DNA of 62,664 nucleotides, the filler included, from Platydemus manokwari (taxonomy: Eukaryota), in assembly GCA_037951405.1 (NCBI GenBank). It is 5 parts of 5 records of this genome, joined end to end, with 100 filler letters (N's around TTAATTAATTAA, not from the genome) between each part and the next. Parts side by side here need not be neighbours in the genome. Positions count along the whole stretch, not along the records: positions 1 to 12,828 come from JBBMOY011952493.1; positions 12,929 to 22,642 come from JBBMOY011214211.1; 3 more parts are not named here. One strand, written 5' to 3'. The translations under genes and the position numbers were made by a program. Below the pieces are notes generated by a model. That model did not search any database. It worked only from the letters and a program-made list of their open reading frames with translations, and was not told the DNA's origin. Below are positions 1 through 14,313 of this stretch, piece by piece. How positions within the stretch are numbered: position 1 is the stretch's first letter; every line of letters starts with the position of its first letter.

Positions 1-348
1 CACCAGTAAATAAAATCCATCGAGAAAATAATAAATTCACTGGCATTAGATTTAATCGCAGAGAATATCTGCGAGTAATTCATTACTACCTATATAAGGC
101 AGCAGTCACAATTTACACTCTCACTATTATTCCATTACTGAAGTCTCAGTTACACTTCAATCAATTGTCATGTACAGGAAAGGATATTATTTTACAATCC
201 AATCAACGCACAAGAGACGACCATTCAATGCAAAAGTGCAGGATTTCCTATTTGCCCAGTATTTTACTGGAAGACTCCACAGTAAAATCCATTTGTGTAA
301 AGTACTGGTCTATATTATATATTGTATAGTTTATCTCTTATTATCGAG

Positions 349-479
349 GAACAACAAAATAAGGTAGATTACACCTGCAGCCTTAATCAAGAGCTCATAG
401 AGACTAATTAAGACAATAGTGGCATCAAGTAAAATTAAGCTTAATAAAACAATAAAATCATTAAGGCCCGAAAGTAACA
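349..479. repeat. Dispersed repeat family, copy 1
   Basis: Aligns colinearly by eye with 43052-43182 (gaacaacaa..taaggta.attac.cct..ccttaatcaaga.ctcatagagact.attaag..atcaagtaaaattaagctta.taaaacaa). A TATA-like tatataag lies upstream at 91. Confidence 0.85.
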
Positions 480-1267
480 AAAGTATTAATTTATATTTCA
501 TTGATGATGGATCTATCATTGAAGCCAGATCTATCATTTTGAGGTTTTATTGGAGATCTTATAGATGCCTTTATCATTGTAAATAATTTTAAGTTCGAGA
601 CATTTATGGTCAAAACATTGAATCCATAATACATTGCGATTGTTATTTTTCTGACAGAATTTAGTTGTTTTTATTCTTTTTTACTTAAAATTGAATTTTA
701 AGTCAAAATATGATAAAAATACACTTATGAATCCAATTTGAAATTATATAATTCATGATAAATTATTGCATTAAAATTAGATCAAAGGATCCTTTTTCTT
801 AATTTAAGCCGCATATTCAAATACCCAACAACCTTGAAATCGTCAAATCATCATAGTGACGGTTTAACCGAATCACTTAAACTCATCAAATGTATGTTGA
901 TGAAGATATTACTCATTATACATTAAAAATCTCAAGAAACTTTCATGACACCTATTTGATAACAGAATTATTTAAATTAGTGATAAACTTGTTTGTTATT
1001 TTCTGAAAATTTAAATTTAAATTTCTGAATATCACTATGCGAAACATGATTTATCAACTATTCAATAAAACTTATAGATTCATATTATAAACAGAGTTAA
1101 ATAAATTGAAGAAGTTTCGATATGAAATTTTGAGAAATTCTAATTAAAAATTTGATGTATGAAATAAAATGTATAATATTTCTAAAAATTTATTTCTATA
1201 TGTTTGTTGTTTTATTAAATTTATATCTGTTAAATTTGAAAGAGATAATTTAGACATTCGACCATAG

Positions 1268-4200
1268 ATGATGTATTATTTAGATACATTCAAGGATTTG
1301 AAAAATTGGGAAAGTGGTCATCAAAATAATAAATGTTTAATCAATTACTTAGGGCAACAATTCCAAGAAAGTTATAAGAACATCGAATATTGTTTTATAT
1401 TTAATTTTTAAGGAGATGGCACTCTTGTCAAAGAAAAACGATTTTCCCGTCGAAACAAAGTTCTGTTTTGTCATGATATGCAAGGTGGATATTTAGATGA
1501 TGCATTAATTGAGAGTAAGAAATTATAATATTTCAGAAACATTTTTGTTCGGAAAAATTAAAATGCTAGGATTAATGACACATTAAATGAAAAGTTGATA
1601 AAATATTAAATAATTATTATTGTAAAATACTTGATTAAATTTTGATAAATCTAAAAAAATTGTCAATGATAATCAGGTATTGGTTAGATATTCGATGTAT
1701 AATTAGAAATCTTAAAATATATAAATATCAATTACAATATTGTAACGACAAATTTAATAAATATATAAAATATTCTTAAGTAGATTTTCATTATTTATTT
1801 ACATTCATATTACAATATATTCAGTTATTCATACCATAATATATTCAATTATTCATGCCTCGATATATTCAATTATTCATATCTCAATAATTCATGCTTC
1901 GATATATTCAATTATTCATGTATCGATGTATTCACATAAAAATATATTCAGTTATTCATGTCACAATATATTCAATTATTCACATCATAATATATTCAGT
2001 TATTCATGTCACAATATATTCAATTATTCATATCACAATATATTCAATTATTCACATCACAATATATTCAATAATTCACATCGCAATACATTCAATAATT
2101 CATGCCTCGATATATTCAATTATTCATATCATAATATATCCAATTATTCACATCACAACATATTCACTTATTTATATCGCTGTAATCATATCACAAAATT
2201 AATTTTTCTAAATAACAAATAAAAGTTTTCTACTTGATAAAACCATTTTATCATAATTTATGATTCAGATTAATGACAAATAAATATTTATTCTGATAAT
2301 TTGTCGGTTTGATTTCGTCTATGCATTCAACTATTTACAAAATATTTCTTATTTGATTCATTAAATTAATATTTTTACATTAAATTATTATCATTTATAT
2401 ATTTCTGTATTTTCCATAATTATTTATACTTTAAATGAAATTAATATTACATAACGGTAATTAAGTGTGATTTTATTTAGAAAATGAAAATATTCACGCT
2501 TACAGATTTTATTATTGGAATCTGATCGATATATTTGTTTATTTTTCCCATCATTTCATTTCTATTCCTCCAATTGGTTGGATTTATCATTGTCACAGGT
2601 TATTATAAACTGTCGAATGAGATATTTATTGAGATTCATAGAAATGGAGTACAGTGTTTGGGAACGTTTATTGTTGAAGGTTTTAACGATAAAAACTTCT
2701 CCCAATTATTTAAACATGGAAATATTGAATTAGTTGCTCGAAAAATGACTGATATCAAAAACTTTTACAATTTCGAAGGATGGCTCATTAATATCGAATG
2801 TTCCTCCTTGGTACATTAATTCTTTTCATTTATATCTTGCAACCGAAGACATCATCTAACAGCTTAAATTAGAAATCCTTTCTCTTTCTATTAAAATATA
2901 TTAATTTTTAATGTATCTATTTGATTTTAGAGAAATTATTTTATATATTTATTTAAATGCCTATATGATCATGATTTGCTTGTCATATAATTAAAATTGT
3001 TATTAATTATCTTGTTATGATCACTCTTTAGGTTCCATCAAAAATAATATTATTAAACAAATAATCTCATAAACAATAATGACGATTTTAAATCTCGAAT
3101 ATTCATAATAATCATAATATAATCTTCTGTTATTTTTATCAACTTTTATCGATATGCTTATTAATGTTGACCAATATCTATTGTTTGACCTTCCACGTAC
3201 CAATACTCTCTTACAATGGTTTGTTTCGATTTTTTTCTTAATTTCACGATCTGTTTATTCAAAAAATAATTATGATCAGTTTTCGGTGTCGAAAATTTAT
3301 AATAGAAATTTACAATTACTTTAATGATATTTTGAAAAAATCTCAGAACTTTGGTGACCTTTATATCAGTTTTGAAAGAAAATTATTATTTAAGTTTTAT
3401 CGAATTTTATTTAAAATTATTTAAAATTTGAATACACTTTTAAAACAAATATATTAAATCTTCGAAATATCCAATGATAGAAATACGTAGGACGTATTTT
3501 GAAATGATTTGAATCCTTATATATGTGTGGATGTGGGTGTGCGTGTGCGTAGCAATCACTTAAAAATATTGGTTCAAAGTGGACGAATATTTGCTAATTT
3601 TATCGAATAGCTTTATTTATTTCTTTTCAAATAACTCAATAACAATTGATGATGTATGGCAACATTATCCTGAACATTCATCTAAATTTATCATAGAATA
3701 TATGAGAGAAATTATTATTAAAACCCCAAAACGTACTCACGGTGATATATTTGAAAAAAAACATTGAAATCCAGTATTTTTATTTGCTTTTGCTCCCCAG
3801 TTCCAATTTTGCTGTCCACTCTTGGCATAAAATCCAGCTTTTTAAGTGTGCTTCGATTAATTTTTTATTGTTTCTGTTGTCACTCATTATAAATCGATTC
3901 ATCAAATAATTTTCATACTTCTGTAAAATCCAACATTTTTATATTTATTCGACAAAATATTTATTCTAAACCCGGTCTAAATAAAATATTTTTGATTTTT
4001 ATTATAAAAGCTATGTGGATAATATTAACATTATTATATAATGTATCATCAATACATATTTAACATGATGTTAGAACAAATTGTAATTTATGAATTACGA
4101 AGAAAATCCATTTATTTATCGGTTTAAATATCAAGATTTATCACATTGATCTTGATTTTCATTTATTAGATTAATAAGAGCATGTATAAGTCCAGATTTC

Positions 4201-7200
4201 TTGCAAAGAATGAGAATTCCAGAAAATCTATGGGAGAATCTATGTTACGAATTGTTCTTAGAAAAAATCAATTTATGACATAATGATTAGTGGAAATGAA
4301 TTTTGAAAAAGCCAAGAAATTGACAGATAAAATTGAAGTGTCTTCAAAATGTTAAACGTCTGCTCTTCTACGATTTGAAGTCTCACTTATTATGAAAATG
4401 AAGCTATCTGGTGTTTTGATATCATATTCCACATTTTCCCATTGTGGTCTGTGAATTAATGTTGATGTTTTAAAATAAGTTGTAAATGGACATCTTCATA
4501 TCGTTTAAGAAGATTATGCACAAACCCAACGCTAAAAATACAGAAGAATTAAGAAATAACCATGTTCCGCAATTCTAATCAAAGTAGGACTATCATGTAT
4601 GGAAAAAATAAGTTTGATTTACCTATTAAAGCTCAGATTAAAACTTAGATTTTTATAAATAAATAAAAGTTCATTACAGAATGGTCCATATTCAGAAATC
4701 GATTCAACTTTAATTTTGCAACAATTGAAGACTTTAAGGCAATCCAAAATAGAATTACTATTTGTGCACTTGCATTTAAGAATAATTTTATTTCCAAATA
4801 GCTCATTGGAATATCATTTATTTTTGCTAAATTTTTATTGTAATTATAATGGTTACTGCTAATATTTAATTACTCAGATATTTCGGAATATTTGTGTTTA
4901 TTAAATGATATTTTTATAGCCAGAAACAAATGAAGAAACTGTTGGAAAAATACTTTTATTAGTGGCCCGATTGATTCAATTAGGCAATGTTATCTATTGG
5001 TATTTTTAACTTAATAGGTTTATTGGATAATTGTAGAAATAGGTATGATTCTATTACTATTTCCGGTTCTCTTTCTTGGCAAAATGGTCTCACCGAACAC
5101 AATAAGCCATTTTATGATATATCCGGGAATATTTTTCTCAATTATTCCTGGAATGAAGAAAGATTAAAAAAATCAATAGAAATGGCACAAGGAAATATTC
5201 ACAATGTATTTGTTGGGATAGATTGTTTCGGAAGAGGTTGTCCTGGCGATGGTGGACTCCATTGTAACGTTGCTTTAGAGATAATCGATAAAGTATTTAA
5301 AAATAATAACTCAGTGAGTGGTGATTTATTATTTTAATTGAATTTTACATTTGTTTTTTAGTAGTTTTAAAAGAAATATCAAATTTATTTATACTTGAAA
5401 CCTTCTAATGATGTTTTTCGTATTTTTAAACTCATCGACACTCATAAATAAATCTCCACTTTTTAAATACCTGTTTTTAACATATTTGTGACCATATTAT
5501 CTGATTTAGATATTTTTCATTATGTTTGTATGAAATTGACAATAGATTTTATACTATTTATAATGGTTATAATGAAAACACTCGTAATTCCATTACGTAG
5601 ATCTTTTTATCATCTGTTCTATATAATACCTCGATTTAATTATGTAATCATCTCACAATTGGTTTACTTAACCACAGCGGTTTGACCTAACTTCATTATA
5701 TTTTACCTCTGATTCTCTTTCTATTTTGATACTATTGTATCATTCATATTATTAATGAAATATTTGAATGATTTTTATCTTACTTTTCTTTGGAATCAGA
5801 AAAATATATTTATGTAAAGAAATAGATCTTACTTTAATCTAATGGCTAAGTTATTATTCGGTTATTAATATTATAAATTAATAATTTATATATTATCATT
5901 ATCATATGTTTGGTAAATGTGTCGATTCAAATTAAACTTGATATCTCATCAGTATTAATAATCATATTTATAACGGTAGTAGGTTATTAAATTGAACAGC
6001 TCCAAATAAAATTTCAAATTTATCAACTCAACAAATTATCCATATCATATATTGTATATGGATAAATTTCAGTTGCAGAATTTTTCTAAACTTTTTGTAA
6101 TCTTAAAATAATTCCAAGCAACAGTAATTTGTATTGAATTTTACTAACATCCACTTAATCCGGATCGTCCGTTAGCAAGAAATCTAGTGCCGATTAAACG
6201 TTTAATTACTTATGTACATTAAACTGATAGAAATAAACAACTGAATACATTTTTCCACAAGAGCAATAATACGATTTACTCACTCTTTTGATGGAGCTTT
6301 CCCAACACAGATTGATATCTACTATGTGACTGGACACTTGAAAATCGACAATTGTAGGGTCTTCATTCATTATTTTCAAACTACGATGTTGACCATTGTG
6401 AATAGTGGACATAAGTAGAAAATCAGTGAACTATATCATTATCTTCATCTTGTATATCGTTAGAATCTAATGTCCAGAATTCTTCTAAAATCTTATGAAT
6501 CTTCTATTGATAAAATTGCGATCTTCAATGCAATCTGTACTCAATTATCGAATATCATCATGGAAACTTTCATGGTGAAAATAGTTAAAAATTGTAACTG
6601 GGAAGACTGTTCCAATTACTCTTTAACATATGAAGAGCCTATAATAAAATTATAGTAAATTTGTTATGCGAACGAAAAGTTGTAAGGTCTGAATTTTCAG
6701 ATTATAAATCGCACTAACATCCAGGGATGAGATTTATTCAATTTCAGGGTGTCAAGGGTGATAAGTGCAACTATTTAGCTGTCTATTTTCGTTTATAAAT
6801 TGAGCTTTTGCACGAATTCTTGGAATAATTATGTTTTTATCCAAGCATTTCCACTTTAACACCTCGTCACGAGATTATAATTGGTATTTCGTAAACATCA
6901 AAGTGACTTCGACGTGTATCTATGACTTGTATTGATATCTTTCTAATCTCTTTCTTATTGGCACACATCAGAACAGTAATGTACTCTTTTGATGATTTTA
7001 CAGGAATAAAAGTGATTAGCCATCATATGTTAAAACAGGTCGCATTCATCTACATTGAAGATGTCAAATAGAAAAAATTTTGTACAATAGTGTAGAATAA
7101 TTTCGCCACTTAGGAAGTTTTGTTCGGCACCCTCAGTACTAACTTTTTAGCTGATTATTTCATGTTGGTCTTTCCACTGATTAATCCTTGATATTGAAAT

Positions 7201-8948
7201 CGACTCATGATATTCAGGTCACTAGGTCATATCTTTGTATGTCTTGCATGAGTAACCCGAACAGAGTGAAACTTACTTCCTTTTGATGTTTAGTTTTTCG
7301 ATATTGATATCATGTAACTTCTATTGTATTTTATTTTATTATATGCATATATATATATATAACTTGCAATTACCAATTAAATTATTTGGAACTTTAGAAT
7401 TTCCAATAAATAGCTTTGTCTAAAATCATCGGATTAATATTTGATTCATATTTATGGATGTTGAAGAATCATTAGAAAAATAGGACGATTATGGAGAATT
7501 TAATATGAGGTGTTATTTAAAAATTAAAAAAGGAATTACAAATGTATAATTAATTATTGGTTTATTTTAATGAGAATTTATAACTGAATATTTGTATTCA
7601 TTACGTTTCATTATTTTATTTGTTGAAATATTTTCATTCCATTCTATTTATCTGTTAGCCTAATTCATTAATAAACCATAATCAATCTTATAAAAAAGAA
7701 TATTATATCAATTGAATTATATTAATATTGTTTGAGTATTTTGTTGCGTATATCGTTATTGATTTGTTGTTTTATTATTTACAAGAATCTTGAGATGATT
7801 TGTTTTTCAATACCAATTTTTTAATAGATTTCAAACCTTGCTCATGTTCATTATTTTTTAATCTTCATCTCAAATCATTTCAAAATATTGTTTATAAAAA
7901 CTATAAGTTTTAGAGCAAATGGTTCTTATTGCTATATTTTTAAGCTATGAGAAATAATTAACGTGGTGATTTTAGTGCTAACAATTCGTGTTTAGGACAA
8001 TACTCCAAAATTTTCGATTGCTTTGTTCGCTCCTGGGTGGTGCCACGAAAATGGGAACGAAAATACAAGAGATGAATTGACATGGGTCTTCTTTAAGTTA
8101 ATGGAAAAATATTTACATCCTTATTTGGATGGCCGAACTATTTATCGCCAATTACCCGATATACATATTAATAGGGATAATTCTTTCCATACTAATTTTG
8201 ATGTTGGTCAAGGATCATCTAGTTGGCATCATGGTAAGGAAATTTCAAAAGGAAACTACAACTGGTTAATGGACCAAAATGTAATCAATTTATTTCGATA
8301 TGTTATATTAATTTTTAATTAGTTGACACCAACAGGCATTACACACAATCATAATTCCAATTTGGAAATTAAAGTAAAATTTGACGAGTTGTTATGAAAT
8401 GATTTTTGTAGATTTTACCCTATAGAAAATGCGGATATAGAGGTTACGGCTGTATGATAATGGTGGCCCAATGTTCCGAACCGAGACTTGACCTATCTCA
8501 TAATCCCGTCACTATCGAATTGTTTCGTGTTGGGTGTATTTTGAGATGGAATAAAAAGAATTCCTTGACGTTTGTGTTAGGTCGTGATGTAGATGGTGAT
8601 CAGATTTCGTGGAAAATAATTAAACTTGTTTTTATTCATTCTGGTGACGATTCAGAAATCAAGATTACAAAGATCCCATTAAGTAAATCATTGTCTATAT
8701 CTTAATTCATTATGTTATCAAAAAATCATTTAGATGAAGTGAAAGTGGCTCAATTTGTCACAGAGTCAGGCAAAATAGAGTGGAATACATTTAAGATTAA
8801 TTCCATGTCAGACGCGTTGGGTAGCGTGACACCATTATTTACACTTCGTAACATAAGTTTGGAAATTTACAGTTTTGATATTATAAAATATATGACGAAA
8901 AATAATATTTATTTGGGCCAGTTAAAATTGGAATCCAAGGAAGATTAG
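1268..8948 (+). CDS. ENGASE: Cytosolic endo-beta-N-acetylglucosaminidase (GH85), 10 exons, about 554 aa
   Basis: Exons 1268-1370, 1413-1514, 2481-2598, 2642-2810, 4920-4999, 5043-5313, 7996-8280, 8323-8373, 8412-8682, 8734-8948. All introns are GT-AG and the total of 1665 nt is in frame. GH85 motifs: CHDMQGGYLDD, IDIFVYFSHHFISIPPIGW, LGTFIVE, catalytic FEGWLINIE (N-x-E), WYDS, GIDCFGRG, SIALFAPGW. Confidence 0.93.
1812..2175. repeat. 24-nt minisatellite (about 15 units, consensus near acaatatattcaattattcatatc) in ENGase intron 2
   Basis: Directly visible tandem periodicity. It explains the 8-aa repeat ORFs 1894-2202 and 1926-2222. Confidence 0.92.
3579..3720 (+). mobile_element. Probable piggyBac-like transposase relic in ENGase intron 4
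   Basis: The peptide NSITIDDVWQHY..F...MR resembles the piggyBac segment before the first catalytic Asp. The DNA (acaattgatgatgtatggcaacattatc) matches 27382-27411 (acaatagatgatatatggcagatcattatc). Confidence 0.4.
6660..7270 (-). mobile_element. Decayed Tigger/pogo (CENP-B-like DDE_1) transposase in ENGase intron 6
   Basis: Minus-strand fragments occur in the expected order: DIFNVDECDLF (cf. IFNADETGLF), SKEYITVLMCAN (cf. SKERITVLLCAN), NAWIKT*LFQEF (cf. KAWMT..LF.EW). Stops and frameshifts are present. Confidence 0.75.
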
Positions 8949-9302
8949 AACACAGCTTCCATTTTTTAGTATAATTATTTAAAATATTTTTGATTTCATA
9001 TAATGATTTTGAATTAATAAATGTATTTTTTTGCAGTCATATTTATTCCAAGTTTTCATAAATTTCGAATTTGTTATTTAATTGATTTCCTTAATTTGTT
9101 GATATAATTAATAATTAATTTTTAGTTATTGGTATATTAGTGAACTATTTTTACTAATTGTGTTATTTTTTAATACATTTCTAAAATAATATACAAAATT
9201 TGAAAACTATTTAATTTATAACGTTGTTTGTTTATATGTTTAATCCAAATTCTACGAATATGAAATAGAATTATTACTATCGTGGATCTTGGAAAAAGTA
9301 CT

Positions 9303-9950
9303 ATGGATATTGTTCTAAGTTATTATGATACTCTAATTCGTGAAAGTGATTTAAAATGCTTAAATAAAGGAAGTTGGTTGAATGATACAATAATTTCATT
9401 CTGGATAGAATATTTGAAAAATAAATACTCAAATAAGAATTTTCTTTTAATAGATCCGTCTACCGTGCATTTACTTAAATTGACAACTTTTGCAGATGCA
9501 ATTGAAATACTAAGATCTATTTATGTATCAAATTTTGAATGGATCATAATGCCTATGAACTCTGATATTACAACAAACACAATTGGTGGTTTACATTGGT
9601 ATCTTGTGGTTATTAACATCAATAAAGATCACATCAGAGGTTTTTATTTAGATTCCATGACCCAGACTTCATCCAATATTGATCAAATGACTAAAATGAT
9701 TAAGCTGTTCTCTAAATACAAAGAAATATCGTCCTATAATATTGAAATAATTGACACTCCGAAGCAAAGGAATAACAATGACTGTGGAATTTTTTGTCTT
9801 AAATTCATAGAAGTAATTATGGAAATTATTTCCAGAGATTCAGCAAATTCCAACAATCGCTTTATCAAAGTTTTGTCGAATTTGAATATAGACACCGATA
9901 AATTTAGGAAAGAAATTATTTCATTGATTTTGTCTTTAAGAAATGCTTAA
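9303..9950 (+). CDS. SENP8: NEDD8-specific protease SENP8/DEN1 (peptidase C48), intronless, 215 aa
   Basis: The N-terminus MDIVLSYYDTLIRESDL...SWLNDTIISF is typical of SENP8. Catalytic residues are present in GLHW, LDS and QRNNNDCG. The true ATG is 9303; the ORF track opens at an upstream GTG. Confidence 0.92.
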   Translation: MDIVLSYYDTLIRESDLKCLNKGSWLNDTIISFWIEYLKNKYSNKNFLLIDPSTVHLLKLTTFADAIEILRSIYVSNFEWIIMPMNSDITTNTIGGLHWYLVVININKDHIRGFYLDSMTQTSSNIDQMTKMIKLFSKYKEISSYNIEIIDTPKQRNNNDCGIFCLKFIEVIMEIISRDSANSNNRFIKVLSNLNIDTDKFRKEIISLILSLRNA

Positions 9951-11044
9951 TAAATCGATTAATTGGTTTTCTTTTTGTTTTACAATTTGGTTTACTGTGT
10001 TTAAAATTAATAGGTTTTATTTGTGAATTTTTGAAAAGTTTTAGTTTGAAGTAACAATTTATTAATGAAAAAATAATTGGAAGTCCCATTTTTAAACGGG
10101 GTTTTTGTAAAGAAACGTCTGTAAAATTTCTCCTATGCAATCCAGATGACCATGTCATATGATATACATTTGGCTTCATGTGATACTATTCCTATCAATC
10201 TAAAGTTACAATTAGATTGACAGTGTTAAAAATTGTTGGTCATGTTTATGTTCACGTGGTTTATGCATTGAATTCCATCAAAATTCGGTAAATAATAACT
10301 TTTGGTCGAGTTATTCAAATTCCAAGTTTCTAACGAATTAATGATATTTTTTTTACAAATGCCAGTAAAATATTAAACTTTCTTTCCTGCTTTCAATTTC
10401 TTTAAATATTTTATTTAGACTTTAACTAACTTTTTGAATGCTAGAAATATCTAAAATTATGCTTTTAAATTCATTTATTTGTCAGATCTCAGATAATTAA
10501 TTTATAATTATTACCTCGTCACACGCAGTCCCGATTTTAAATAAAAAATTGCAATTCTTTTTTATATATTTTTATAATTCTTAATCATTATCTTCTTTTT
10601 TCGTATAAGACAAACTGACGAACAGAATTTTTCGGAGTTATTATTATGATTGATGATCCAAATATTCCGTATAAATTTCATTACCAATTTTAAAATAATT
10701 TTAATTACAGGATTGTTTCATTGTGGATTCTTCAAGATTTTGATATTATTTTAAATTTTAGAAGCTATTAAGTAGAAATAAATAAATTATTAAATTAATT
10801 CCGAAATAGGGGAAAATACCCTTAAAATTTAACTGATTTAAACTTTTTATTAACAATTTAAGTCGATAATAGTTGATTATTTTTCTCAAATAAGATTCAG
10901 ACTCAATTTTTCTCTACTTTGAATAAAAAACAAAAAGAATTTTCCTTATTTTATAAATATATTTTTTAATATTCAATATATCTATGTGTTTATGTATTGC
11001 AAAAATTATTTGTTTCAATATATAACGTATTAAAATAATTTTAA

Positions 11045-11509
<465 letters not shown>

Positions 11510-12828
11510 TATGTATTAAATAAATATTTATGGTGAATCTTTCATTGTTTTGTACACACTTTTTTTTGGAATTGTGTTTTATTTAACTTTTTGAATAAAA
11601 TTAGCTTAAGATTTCTAAATTCAATTTGCTGTGTTGAAAATGAAAAATTAAGAAAAAATAATTCCTTTAAAATGACAACATATGTCACTGGAATTTTAAT
11701 GGAGTGCTAATTAAAAATGTTGCAACCAGTAATATACATTACACTGCACATCACAGGTCCGGTCATATTTAAATAGAGCAGTGCAACAATTAACAAAAAT
11801 GAGAAATATTAAATCCGACAAAAAATATTTATTTTAAAAATGCCGTTAAAATCAAACAAGCTAGATGGTCCGGCAGTAAATATGTGGACGGAATTTTTCA
11901 AAAACTGGTTATCTCTCGTCTTGCTTTCTTTTGGAATACCACAGTACGATTAATGTTATTCCCGCTACTGTTTAGGATAAGGCAGCTTTTAAAATCAATT
12001 ACAGTGTTTGTACATCGCTATAATCTAATTCGACGATAAATTAAATCAAACGAGGATAAAACCCGATCAGCTTGATTCAATTTCAATAAATGCAATTGTC
12101 CTATTTATGAAAATAAAAGCAAATGCAATCTTTTGAAAATTACTTTATTTAAATATCACTAGAACATACATAGAATATTTAAATGTATACCTTGTCGAGA
12201 TCGTATGATCAGTCAGGAGCACCGTTTTCTACTTTTAGTGCTTTAACTTGCTAAACATCGAACAGCGAGAATTGTACCATTTGATTTGGAGACTACAAGT
12301 ATTAACGTGAATATCCTTAAATCTATCGAAATTTCACAGAAATTACTTTTCGATAATTTTCCTGTTTTACTCAATTTAAATAACTTCTTGTTCAAATTTA
12401 CTTGGTTGCCATTTGCCAAATTTGTTTGAAGCCAACTTAAATTTGCTTCAGAATGTTTCATATTTCGTATCTTGTAATGTTGTGCCTTTGGTCCTGAGTG
12501 TGTTGTATTTATACCTAGTTTTTTCACTTAAAGTTCTACTGGTTTTTTCTTGTTCTGTTTATTATTCTTTGGGAAATCAATAGTTGATGTTGTTTTTTTT
12601 GTTTTTTCTAGTTACATTATTACTTTTTAGTTGATTTATTGTAAATCGTTTTTTGTCTTTAATTTTATGACTTAATATGTATTTGTTTTTGTTTTTTCAT
12701 GACTACTCTTGAAATAAAATTCAATGATTTTCATTTTATGAGAGATTGGAATGGATTATAATATTATTCATACTATCATGAATTATCGAATACCTATAAG
12801 TTATATATTAAATATAAATATAAATTTT

Positions 12829-12928
12829 NNNNNNNNNNNNNNNNNNNNNNNNNNNNNNNNNNNNNNNNNNNNTTAATTAATTAANNNNNNNNNNNNNNNN
12901 NNNNNNNNNNNNNNNNNNNNNNNNNNNN
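12829..12928. other. Artificial contig spacer N44-TTAATTAATTAA-N44
   Basis: Exactly 100 nt with stop codons in all six frames. Identical at four places in the window. Confidence 0.97.
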
Positions 12929-12956
12929 AATGAATAATAATAATATGGGTTCATGA

Positions 12957-13097
12957 NNNNNNNNNNNNNNNNNNNNNNNNNNNNNNNNNNNNNNNNNNNN
13001 NNNNNNNNNNNNNNNNNNNNNNNNNNNNNNNNNNNNNNNNNNNNNNNNNNNNNNNNNNNNNNNNNNNNNNNNNNNNNNNNNNNNNNNNNNNNNNNNN
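12957..13097. other. Assembly gap (141 N)
   Basis: Run of N without the spacer core. Confidence 0.95.
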
Positions 13098-14166
13098 AAT
13101 CCTAGCCCATTAAAGAGAAATTGCTCACTGCGTTGCCAGTAATCAATATTTTAAGGAATAACGGTCGGTTAAAGACTGCTATTAACCAAGATGTGAAGAA
13201 ATGTTACAAGTGATATCAAGTCTGCTTAACTATTCATTGTGAATTGTCAGATGTTATTAGCGATAATGCTTTCGATTACGGGTCATTTACAAAGTACAGA
13301 TTTTAAAAGCGAACGCCAACCGTTGACGCTTGTTCGTTTCGTAATATTAGTATTTATAATCACCATAGTAAGGCCAGTAGTAGGTAGCATTTTTTGTGAC
13401 GAATTTATTTAAAGGCTTGGAAGTTGTGATTTTATCTTGTACAGTGACAGAGCTTTAACAGTGTAATAATAAATAAATTCTAATTTATGTCTTTTGGAAT
13501 CAGATAAACAATTACGGAGTATTGTTGTGATCTATATAAGCTATATCCAACAGTTCTAAAATTTAATAATATCAGTTCATAATAAAAGTTACCAAGTAAT
13601 TGTACTTGAACAAACCTTTTGGGATCGCAATAATATAGATCCTACGTTTTTATATATTCATTATTGATATAAATTGGAGACTGCTTCACCAATTACCTGT
13701 TCTAATATATTATAATATTATATTATGATAATTATCACATATATTTTGGTGGTTTATAAAAAAGATGTCAAACCTTTTCTGCAAAACGAAAGCAATTGAA
13801 ATGCAACACGAAAGAATATGTTGATATTGTAAATTCAAAAGATATTTATTTGACAAGAATAAATCGAAAAATTTCTATTAAATTTAAACATTGAAGAAAA
13901 ATGTAAATTTTTGAAAAAGTTATTATTTATATTGGTTATTTCGATAAATCTGAGCGAAACTTTATGAAACAGATTCGATTATAATTAACATTTTGGAAAT
14001 ATGATCGGATTATTGGTTTGAATGGATAAATAATAGCATAAATCACGATATTCTCTCCGGACCAATTCATTATTCAATATTAATATTTTATATAATAACA
14101 TATCACATGATAATTAATATGATTATTATGTTCTATTATTATTACTGTGTATATAACGATTTTGAT

Positions 14167-14313
14167 NNNNNNNNNNNNNNNNNNNNNNNNNNNNNNNNNN
14201 NNNNNNNNNNNNNNNNNNNNNNNNNNNNNNNNNNNNNNNNNNNNNNNNNNNNNNNNNNNNNNNNNNNNNNNNNNNNNNNNNNNNNNNNNNNNNNNNNNNN
14301 NNNNNNNNNNNNN
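14167..14313. other. Assembly gap (147 N)
   Basis: Run of N without the spacer core. Confidence 0.95.

Noticed and set aside
1894-2222. Two His-rich repeat ORFs, or a CRISPR-like array
   Set aside because: This is a head-to-tail 24-nt minisatellite with no unique spacers, lying in an intron of a eukaryotic gene.
11700-12530. Possible minus-strand gene including ORF 12243-12527
   Set aside because: Some splice-like sites exist, but I could not build a stop-free model or recognise a family.
12873-12884. TTAATTAATTAA as a biological motif (homeodomain or piggyBac site)
   Set aside because: It is always centred in exactly 44+44 N, so it is an assembly spacer.
13098-14166. Coding-looking sequence between two gaps, considered as the last collagen exon
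   Set aside because: No RLP..GPVCF-type motif and no convincing frame on either strand.
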